Shown one piece after another: positions 9,773-19,600 of a stretch of DNA of 64,000 nt. Origin of the DNA: Macrostomum lignano. Taxonomy: Eukaryota. Under the pieces are notes generated by a model, which saw nothing but the letters and a program-made list of their open reading frames with translations, had not been told where the DNA came from and ran no database searches. Both the position numbers and the translations under genes were made by a program. Within the stretch, counting starts at the first letter, position 1. Every line of letters starts with the position of its first letter. The DNA lies in the NCBI GenBank assembly GCA_002269645.1, contig NIVC01001018.1, positions 62,001-126,000 of the forward strand. Direction: 5' to 3'.

Positions 9773-12700
9773 ATGGCTTCTTCTCGTAGCAGCGGCGGCA
9801 GCGGCAGCGGGAGAGAGCTGGCCTGCTTCCAGCATTACCTGGACACTTTCTACTTCAATTGTCCGCCTCAGCAGCAGCCCAAGCTGCTTGGCGTCGGCTT
9901 CGGTCGGCGCTGGCGACAAGCGTCGCTGGCGGCCGATGCTGCGGCTGCTGGCGTGGGTGTCCAGGCTCGGCTGCCAAGCAAACTTTCCCGGCTGCTGCAG
10001 GCGCGAGGAGCTTAGTGAGACAGCTGATCCCTGATCCTCGATCCCTGATCCTCGATCCCTGATCCTCGATCCCTGATCCTCGATCCCTGATCCTCGATCC
10101 CTGATCCTCGATCCCTGATCCTCGATCCCTGATCCTCGATCCCTGATCCTCGATCCCTGATCCTCGATCCCTGATCCTCGATCCCTGATCCTCGATCCCT
10201 GATCCTCGATCCCTGATCCTCGATCCCTGATCCTCGATCCCTGATCCTCGATCCCTGATCCTCGATCCCTGATCCTCGATCCCTGATCCTCGATCCCTGA
10301 TCCTCGATCCCTGATCCTCGATCCCTGATCCTCGATCCCTGATCCTCGATCCCTGATCCTCGATCCCTGATCCTCGATCCCTGATCCTCGATCCCTGATC
10401 CTCGATCCCTGATCCTCGATCCCTGATCCTCGATCCCTGATCCTCGATCCCTGATCCTCGATCCCTGATCCTCGATCCCTGATCCTCGATCCCTGATCCT
10501 CGATCCCTGATCCTCGATCCCTGATCCTCGATCCCTGATCCTCGATCCCTGATCCTCGATCCCTGATCCTCGATCCCTGATCCTCGATCCCTGATCCTCG
10601 ATCCCTGATCCTCGATCCCTGATCCTCGATCCCTGATCCTCGATCCCTGATCCTCGATCCCTGATCCTCGCTGTTAGGGGAGTGAAAAATCAATCAATGT
10701 TAGGAGAGGTGTATAAAATTTTGACTGTTCCACGTTCACACTATGTGATGTGACCAAAATTCTTTACATCTTGTCACAATGTTTTGTGCAAATATTATTC
10801 ATTAGATATTGCTGGGTTGAAATAAAGCCAATTCCTTCAATATGGATGGATTGCTAATCTAGCCAACATAGAAATAGGAATAAAATGGATTGATAACTAG
10901 CCAACACGGATGAGGAACAGAATGGATTGCTAATCCGGCACCACCTTTCCGCTCGCCGAACCCACAGCTCAGGGTTCTCACCGTTTCTATTCACCAATCA
11001 GTCAAGCAACTCAGAGCAGCAGCAGCAGCAGCTTCCCCAGCCGACGCCGCCATCGGAACTCGACCGTCCTTCCAAGCGACGCTCTGGCGCGGTGGCGGCG
11101 CAGTCTCGCACCGGCGGAGCGAGCCGCAGCGTTGAGCTGCCCGACGCAGTCGTCAGCGGCGTCGGGGTCGCCTTCGTTGTTGGCGCCGTCCCTGGGCTGT
11201 CGCTGTCGACTCCGCCAGGAGCGCAGCTGCATCAGCGGCATCAGGGATCGGGGGGCAGCGACGAACGGCAGGGTAGGATTCGAACTCAGGCCGTGCAGCA
11301 GCAGCAGCAACGACTGCCGCAATTTGCGAGTTCAACGATTGGTGAGGCTGAAAAATGCGATGGTATGGGATCTGGGATCTCATACTGTATCTGATGGGAT
11401 CTGGGATCTCATACTGTATCTGAAGGGATCTGGGATCTCATACTGTATCTTATGGGATCTGGGATCCCATAATGCATCTGAGGGGATCTGGGATCCCATA
11501 ATGCATCTGAGGGGATCTGGGATCCCATAATGCATCTGAGGGGATCTGGGATCTCATAATGTATCTGATCGGATCTGGGATCCCATTATTCATTTGAGGG
11601 GATCTGGGATCCCATAATCTGAGGGGATCTGGGATCCCATAATGCATCTGAGGGGGTCTGGGATCCCATAATGCATCTGAGGGGATCTGGGATCCCATAA
11701 TGCATCTGAGGGGATCTGGGATCCCATAATGCATCTGAGGGGATCTGGGATCTCATAATGTATCTGATCGGATCTGGGATCCCATTATTCATTTGAGGGG
11801 ATCTGGGATCCCATAATCTGAGGGGATCTGGGATCCCATAATGCATCTGAGGGGGTCTGGGATCCCATAATGTATCTGAGGGGATCTGGGATCCCATAAT
11901 GCATCTGAGGGGATCTGGGATCCCATAATGCATCTGAGGGGGTCTGGGATCCCATAATGTATCTGATTGGATCTGGGACCCCATATTGTATCTGATGGGA
12001 GCTGGTATCTGAGATTATTAACGTGAAACTGTGAATTCAATCAATTGAAATATGTTAAAAATTAATCACATTTTTAACAAACGCACTTTCGAGGCACCAG
12101 CCTTACTGGAGCAAAACATTCATACGAAAAACGCCGTTTCAGATTCCGAAGCAGCGGAAAGCCCGCCCTACCCGCCTATCAGCCAGTCGCAGATGATTGG
12201 ATCTCCCGCAGCCAATCAGGTTGGAGCAGCGGCGCAACAGCCGGAGCCGCGTAAGACCGCAGCTCCAGGCCCAGCCAATCAGCAGAGGCGGTCGTCGAAT
12301 ATCGGCTCTACAACCAATCAGGGCAAAATGGACGAGACTGGTTAGAGCTATGAGGATTTTACTTTTATTAGGATAGGAATGTTGGGTGAAAGCTGCTACA
12401 TTTGCATAATTATAAGAATTTCATAAACAGGTCTCATTTTTAGTTAGACCAGGCGTCAGCAAACTCTGGCCCGCAGGCCACATACGCCACGCAAAGCCTC
12501 TCTATCCGGCCCTGGTCCTTTGAATCTTAACAACAGCAATCCGGCCCGCTAAACGTTTATATCTCTTCTCAGCGTTGTTCTCTCTAATATCCTCTCTCCT
12601 TTCCTCTCTCCACTCCTCTCCCCTTCTCTCCTTTCCCCTCCTCTCCTCTCCTCTCCTCTCCTCTCCTCTCCTCTCCTCTCCTCTCCTCTCCTCTCCTCTC

Positions 12701-13614
12701 CTCTCCTCTCCTCGCCTCTCCTCTCCTCTCCTCTCCTCTCCTCTCCTATCCCCTCCTCTCCTCTCCTCTCCTCTCATCTCTCGTCTCCTCTCTTCTCCTT
12801 AATTCCCTCGCCTCTCCTCTCCCCTCATCTCTCGTCTCCTCTCTTCTCCTTAATTCCCTCGCCTCTCCTCTCCTCTCCTCTCCTCCCCTCTCCACTCCTC
12901 TCCTCTCCTCTCCTCTCCTATCCCCTCCTCTCCTCTCCTCTCCCCTCATCTCTCGTCTCCTCTCTTCTCCTTAATTCCCTCGCCTCTCCTTCCCTATCTC
13001 CCCAATCTCTTCTCCATTCCCTTTGTCTCCCCTGTTCCGGCCCCCAAAAATGCTCTAGGTTGTCTATCAGGCCCTTGAGGTAAACAAAGTTTGCCGACCC
13101 CTGAGTTGAAGTTTTTAGTTAGAGGCGAGGGGCTTTTTGCACCCTAGCGCACTTTAAGCGACATTGATTGCATGAGCAGAGCCAAGCAGAGATCCCAATT
13201 TAGCCCCAAATTACGAGCTAATGTGACTGCACTTGGAATCGAGCCTGGGCCGCTGGAACATCTGAGCGCCGAGCTGGACCTCTGGGCTACGGCCCCCTGG
13301 TTATGCAAGCAGGTCTTTAGTAGTGTTTTTTTAATGTTTCAAATAATCAGCCCTAAAAATACTACTGAAACTGGCCAAACCAAGTAGGCCAGTAGCGAGT
13401 ATTTCGCGCATAAAAATCTAAGGAAAGTTTAATGTAAGTATAACGGTTCGGAAACAACCTTCCCGCAGCGGAGAAGTTTCGCTTCACTGACCCGGCAGTC
13501 AGCGCCAGCGCGCCGTCACTGTTTCTGCAGCGCCTCGTCGAGCTCAGCGCACTTCAGGCCGAGACAGTCCGCCACGAGAAGATGAAGGCCAACAAAAGAA
13601 AGCTTCGAAGCTGA
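9773..13614 (+). CDS. Tentative multi-exon gene of unknown function; Q/S/P-rich with a helical C-terminal motif
   Basis: Phase-1/phase-1 exons 10901-11341 (donor g|gtgagg) and 12143-12340 (ttcag|, g|gttaga), plus terminal exon 13469-13614 (cccgcag|), which encodes AEKFRFTDPAVSASAPSLFLQRLVELSALQAETVRHEKMKANKRKLRS*. The GC-rich block at 9773-10015 is probably an upstream exon, but its frame and donor are unresolved. Confidence 0.55.
10026..10670. repeat. Perfect 14-bp minisatellite (GATCCCTGATCCTC), ~46 copies
   Basis: Direct; it explains the spurious ORF 9731..10693. Confidence 0.97.
11365..11990. repeat. 29-bp intronic minisatellite (GGGATCCCATAATGCATCTGAGGGGATCT) with ~200-bp higher-order duplication
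   Basis: 29-nt period; the variant block gatcggatctgggatcccattattcatttg occurs at ~11568 and ~11768. Confidence 0.95.
12450..13103. mobile_element. Non-autonomous hAT (Charlie-like) element containing an expanded (CTCTC)n tract
   Basis: TIRs CAGGCGTCAGCAAACT (12450) and AGTTTGCCGACCCCTG (13103), with GGCCC subterminal motifs. The 8-bp flanks agttagac and agttgaag match at 5 of 8 positions (a degenerate TSD). Confidence 0.75.
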
Positions 13615-14926
13615 GTAGTTAAACTATAGCCCTTCCCTAGCTCACTGAACTCTGTGCAAATTATGATCCTGCATAATTCGTATTTTAATTAAAAACCAAT
13701 TGTTATTTAGTCCATGCTACGGTTTAGGCGTAGATCTTTTGATTTACAATTACTGTGAGTTTAGAGTGCAAATTACAAAGATAATAATGTGCCAGCAAAG
13801 TCGCTCCAAAGTCTGTGTTCCTATTCTATTTTTCTTTGCAGTCAATTGGCAGTTGATGCATCACAGAATAATACACAAGAAAAGTAAGAAAGATGTACGT
13901 ATGCATATACTAGTCATATGCTTATACAATCTATTGCACAAATGGCACGATATTCAACGATTCTCACTCTGATTCTGAGGTTAGATTTTACCTATAAGCA
14001 CTCGTGTATTCAGCACACCCGGGCGCCAATTAGTACTTCTCCTCGGTTTAAAGTTCATCAGCACGTCAAACGCACGTGTACGAACTATGCGTGATCTCTG
14101 GCTTCGGTGGCCGCTGGCCTTCACCTAGGCGGAGCTTCTGGCCCTTCAACAGGTGGTACAGAACCGTTAGTTAATTCCCGCATGTTAGATTCTGCAGATA
14201 ATATGGCTCGCAGATTAATATCTTTTATCTGCGGCTCAAAATGAAATAAGACGGGAGAATGGGAGTTGTGAAGGATGTTTTTAAGCGAATATTTTGGTAA
14301 TTAATTGTGCCTCTTAACTTCAGGATTTTCTGCATCATTGGCGTGGCTCACTGCTGTCAGACGGCTGAATATCTGGGATTCGCAAGCCGGCTCTGCCTCT
14401 CTGTTCTGCACTGCAGCCTCACTGATGCTATTTTGTCTGCTTTTTGTCAGCGTTTCATCAACCACTTCAACCTCTGTCTCTCTTCTTCCCTTGTCTGGCG
14501 AGATGTGAAAAAAAACGTTTTTTTTAAATTGACTAACTTTCGGCTGCCATAAGTTTGCTCTACGTGAAGCGATTGACTTGAAACTTGACAAAATTATTCA
14601 TTGACTTATTTTCTGTCAAAATGTAAAATCTCAACTCTTTAACTCAATCAGAGCGGAAACTGTATGCATATGAACTTTGCCTGCTTTTTCTGCTGTTTGT
14701 GACGCTCACACCAAGGGTCAGGCGATAGGGCTCTGTGTACATGGCAGTGTACAGTGTTTTGGTATAGCTTAATTTATAGCCTGCTCGGCTCCCCCGTGGG
14801 AAGGCTACGTTTAGCCATGACAGTTTGCGAGCTATGACTCGGTCAGTGTGCGAGTCCGAGATTTGGGAGGCTGCAATTGTTGCTTCATTAGGCAATGAGA
14901 CTGGCCTCTGAAGCTGCGCTGTGCGC

Positions 14927-14928
<2 letters not shown>

Positions 14929-14972
<44 letters not shown>
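14929..14972. repeat. (CT)n microsatellite
   Basis: Direct. Confidence 0.95.
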
Positions 14973-14973
<1 letters not shown>

Positions 14974-15563
14974 ACCGCACCGTGTTGCTTCGAGTATTGT
15001 GACTTAAGATTCCTGAGACTAGGAGATATTCGCCTTGTCTGGAATGGCAGTCTGTGCTCAAACTGCTTTGTGATGCTTTGATATCAGCTCAAATCCTAGC
15101 TCCGTGTTGCCTTGCTGTGAAATTGAATTCCCGAGACTGGGAGAATTAAGCTAGGTTTCAATTTCAATTTCAAAGGCTCATCTTTGTACTGAGATTAAAG
15201 TTCAGCTTATTTGAAATGTAAAAAATCACTTTTTGTTTACTTCTTTTTGCTAGTGATTTTAAAGGTCAAAAGTTTTTTGAGAAACCAATAGTTGAACTTT
15301 CGTTTAAATAGGCCAAGCTATCAATCATAAATCACTTTTGAGACCTAAATTTAGGTATTTTACAAAAAAATAACATTCAGTTTTTTTCAAAGTTTTAAAA
15401 AATCAAGACAATTCTGGGCTATAAAGAGACAGCCTGAGAATATTTGAGTCCGATTAGATTATGCTGCTTAAATTTCCTGCCAGGATCATGCGACATAAGT
15501 GATTGACGAGATTATAATGCATAATTATAAAAGTTAGAATCATGTTAAATGAGTGTTAGCCAG

Positions 15564-16075
15564 GATCACGTGACATCAGCATTTTTTTAGGATCACGTGA
15601 CATTAGTGATTAGCTAGATCACGTGACATAAGTGATTAACTAGATCACGTGACATAAGTGATTAACTAGATCACGTGACATAAGTGATTAACTAGATCAC
15701 GTGACATAAATGGTTAACTAGATCACGTGACATAAGTGATTAACTAGATCACGTGACATAAGTGATTAACTAGATCACGTGACATAAATGATTAACTAGA
15801 TCACGTGACATAAGTGATTAACTAGATCACGTGACATAAATGATTAACTAGATCACGTGACATAAGTGATTAACTAGATCACGTGACATAAGTGATTAAC
15901 TAGATCACGTGACATAAGTGATTAACTAGATCACGTGACATAAGTGATTAACTAGATCACGTGACATAAGTGATTAACTAGATCACGTGACATAAGTGAT
16001 TAACTAGATCACGTGACATAAGTGATTAACTAGATCACGTGACATAAGTGATTAACTAGATCACGTGACATCAGT
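15564..16075. repeat. 26-bp minisatellite (GATCACGTGACATAAGTGATTAACTA), 20 copies, each with TCACGTGAC
   Basis: 26-nt period, counted from 15565 to 16059. Confidence 0.97.
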
Positions 16076-16165
16076 GAATGACAGGATCAAGGGACATTAA
16101 TGATTGCCAGGATCAGGTGACCATGCAACGGCCACACGGTACGAACAAAATCCTTGTCAGCTAAG

Positions 16166-16663
16166 TCACGTGACCCGCTCCCCGGCAACCAGGCTTGGCA
16201 GCCTAGCGAGCCCGGTCAGGCCGCTGCTGAGCTCTCTGCAGCTTGTGCCGCCGCCGTTCGAGTCGGCGCCGTCGCCTCGCACGCAGGCGTAGATCTTGGG
16301 CAGGAAGAGGCAGGCGCAGCAGGCGTAGGCGGTCATCAGCAGGCCGGCTATGGACACTACGGCCCGCTGCAGACCGGTTGGCAGGAAGAAGTAGGCGGGA
16401 AAGTAGCAGAGCCACAGGCAGGCGGTGCTGAACGAGCAGACGAAGATGCACATGGACTCTTTGAAATTGTTTGGCAGCTTTCTAGTGAGGTAGGCCAGTG
16501 CCAGGGCTCCGACAATGAGCAGCAGATTCCAGGCTCCCGGAAGCAGCATCTGCAGCGGCGATACGGAGCAGATCTCTTCTATGTCGGGCTCGTAGCGAAC
16601 CAGCTGGCGTTTGAGCACAGCTGGGGCTCCGGTGAGCAGGGCCAGAGCTGCCAGGATGCCCGC
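16166..16663 (-). CDS. Class C GPCR exon 4 (TM4-TM7, C-tail)
   Basis: Acceptor tatccgcaacag|gcg joins VAVVQ|[14 protein letters not shown]; contains LPNNFKES and FLPKIY; stop TGA at 16168-16166. Confidence 0.9.
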   Translation of the reverse strand, partial: AGILAALALLTGAPAVLKRQLVRYEPDIEEICSVSPLQMLLPGAWNLLLIVGALALAYLTRKLPNNFKESMCIFVCSFSTACLWLCYFPAYFFLPTGLQRAVVSIAGLLMTAYACCACLFLPKIYACVRGDGADSNGGGTSCRELSSGLTGLARLPSLVAGERVT

Positions 16664-19600
16664 CTGTTGCGGATAAGACAGGAATTAAAGGTATGAAAGT
16701 CTTGGCTGGGGTGCTGATTGGATTGGCGCAGTTCATTTGAGCAGCGCTGATGGACAGGGCCGTTTAATTCAGTAAAAAGGGCGTCTCACTGGGTGGCTGG
16801 GGCGCCGCATCTGCTCATTGACCAAATGGATCAAATTTAGAGGAGAGAAGAGGAAAGGAGAGGGGACGAGAGGGGACGAGAGGGGACGAGAGGAGAGAGG
16901 ACGAGAGGAGAGGGGACGAGAGGGGACGAGAGGGGACGAGAGGGGACGAGAGGAGAGGGGACGAGAGGAGAGGGGACGAGAGGGGACGAGAGGAGAGGGG
17001 ACGAGAGGAGAGGGGACGAGAGGAGAGGGGACGAGAAGAGAGGGGACGAGAGGAGAGGGGACGAGAGGAGAGGGGACGAGAGGAGAGGGGACGAGAGGAG
17101 AGGGGACGAGAGGGGACGAGAGGAGAGGGGACGAGAAGAGAGGGGACGAGAGGGGACGAGAGGAGAGGGGACGAGAGGGGACGAGAGGAGAGGGGACGAG
17201 AGGGGACGAGAGGAGAGGGGACGAGAGGAGAGGGGACGAGAAGAGAGGGGACGAGAGGGGACGAGAGGAGAGGGGACGAGAGGGGACGAGAGGAGAGGGG
17301 AAGAGAGGGGACGAGAGGGGACGAGAGGAGAGGGGACGAGAGGGGACGAGAGGAGAGGGGAAGAGAGGGGACGAGAGGGGACGAGAGGGGACGAGAGGGG
17401 ACGAGAGGAGAGGGGACGAGAGGGGACGAGAGGAGAGGGGACGAGAGGGGACGAGAGGAGAGGGGACGAGAGGAGAGGGGACGAGAAGAGAGGGGACGAG
17501 AGGGGACGAGAGGAGAGGGGACGAGAGGAGAGGGGACGAGAGGAGAGGGGACGAGAGGGGACGAGAGGAGAGGGGACGAGAGGGGACGAGAGGAGAGGGG
17601 ACGAGAGGGGACGAGAGGAGAGGGGACGAGAGGGGACGAGAGGAGAGGGGACGAGAGGAGAGGGGACGAGAAGAGAGGGGACGAGAGGGGACGAGAGGAG
17701 AGGGGACGAGAGGGGACGAGAGGGGACGAAAGGGGACGAGAGGGACGAGAGGAGAGGGAAGGAGAGGGGACGAGAGGGGACGAAAGGGGACGAGAGGGAC
17801 GAGAGGAGAGGGGAGGAGAGGGGAGGAGAGGGGAGGAGAGGAGAGGAGAGGGGAGGAGAGGGGAGGAGAGGAGAGGATCACGGATTTTGCTGGAGATGCT
17901 GCCTAATATATTTCTAATATTTACTTTTATTTCTGAAGCGGTGCTTTTGTACGAACCCGTATGCTTGTATTTAGTGCTGGCAGAATGGAGGCAGAGTGGA
18001 GGCAGAGTGAGGCGGAGTCCCTCCATTATAGGTTTCTCACCCTCGCCATTATCGCCTCTGAGTTAAGCACAAGTTGTCACAAGTCTTTCCTTACATTACA
18101 AAAAACAACTCAGCAAAAAACTGAGCGGCAAATGTTGTGAGCAGTGCCCGCAATGACCCGAGCTGCTCTCTCATGCGCTCCGCAAGATGTTTAAGATCTT
18201 GTTATTGCCTAACTAACTTGGACTATCTAATCAGTGCTTTGCAATCAGCGCTTGTGTTTCGTCAGCATTTCTATTTGCTAAACGTGTCCTCCGCTCTCTT
18301 GCTCTACCGCAAAATTTCAGACTCTTTGCTTCATCAATATCAACTAAGATTTTACGAGGATTATCAGCTTTTTCTTGCAAATCTGTACTTATCTGTTAGG
18401 CCTGGTTTTGCCTACTTAAATCCTTGTTACGATCATATTATAGGGGGACCACAGTAGTCAGTAGCTCAGAGATAACGGATTACGGCCCTGACTGAGATAG
18501 ATGGAGTCGCAAAACTACTCAAATCTGATGGGCTAGAGATGGCTAGTAGATCCACTATGCTATGCGAACTCAGGATCCAGTTGCAAGATGGTGCTCAAAT
18601 CGGATGTCTGCAACCTGGGCTTGAATTCGACCTCGAATCAAATTTCTCCGCAGTGCAGGCAGTAGCAGCCAAGTACCTGCACAACTGCCACAGCCCCGGC
18701 TCCGGCGAAGATGCAGGCGTCGGAGGCGCACCGAGCCCTGGCCAGGCTGTCCGCCGCTCTGAACAGCCGATAAATTCGCAGCGCCCTGTTTGACAGCAGG
18801 CCGAACAGGGCCGTGTAGAGCAGGTGGAAACCATAGTATTCCAGTCCGCAGGTGACAGTGCTGGCTGGTGCCAGGTAGACCAAGGACAAGGCGTCCATGC
18901 ACAGCAGGCAGGCCAGCACGGCCAGGCTGACTGGCAGCGAGGTGGCCTTCACGATCTTCGCGCCGCGTCTGGCTATGAAATAGGCGAAACTGGCCATCAC
19001 CAGGAGGGCGTTCAGCGCGGCTGCTGGACCGGCGACGAGGCAAACCGGGTCACTTAGTTGGATCCGAGTTGGCGTCACGGGCTGGCAGACTGCCCGACGG
19101 CGCTGGTCTGGCCAGGTGCCAATAGGGCAGGTGCGGCAGGCGTTGTTGACGATGTCGACAATCTCGTCGGTGCGGCAGTCGCGACAGTCGAAGCAGCAGA
19201 CGGCTGGCCGGCCGGTCATGCGGATCTGGCCGGGTGCGCAAGGCCCCGGGCAGGCTGACCTGGGCACCTAGGGTCCGGCAAGGAGGTGGCTGGCCTTGTA
19301 GCGATCGGATCCACACTGACATGCAGATCCAGTTTGACAATGGCACCCGTTTGATTCAAAGTGGCACGCATCGGGACCACAATGGCACACATCGGGATCA
19401 CAATGGCACACATCGGGATCTCAATGGCACACATCAGGATCACAATGGCATACATTAGGATCACAATGGCACACATCGGGATCACAATGGCACACATCGG
19501 AATCTCAATGGCACACATCAGGATCACAATGGCATACATCAGGATCACGATGGCACACATCAGGATCACAATGGCACACATCAGGATCACGATGGCACAC

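Noticed and set aside
9731-10693. Long periodic ORFs (also 16769-18026, 22917-23908, 37159-37813, 43090-44237, 56764-57594, 59644-60860, 61890-62700)
   Set aside because: They are translations of stop-free tandem repeats in introns or Helitrons.
12200-12325. Cluster of CCAAT boxes and GC boxes suggesting a promoter
   Set aside because: It lies inside a phase-compatible exon (12143-12340) where CCAATCAG simply encodes A/T-N-Q.
14301-14494. Possible extra terminal exon of the GPCR (minus-strand acceptor, DKGRRETEVEV...)
   Set aside because: It needs a phase-1 donor in exon 4 and none was found; exon 4 has its own stop. It remains an unassigned exon-like segment.
18200-18400. ~50-codon open stretch on the minus strand in GPCR intron 3 ([20 protein letters not shown]...)
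   Set aside because: There are no convincing splice sites or recognisable motif, and the GPCR reads correctly without it.
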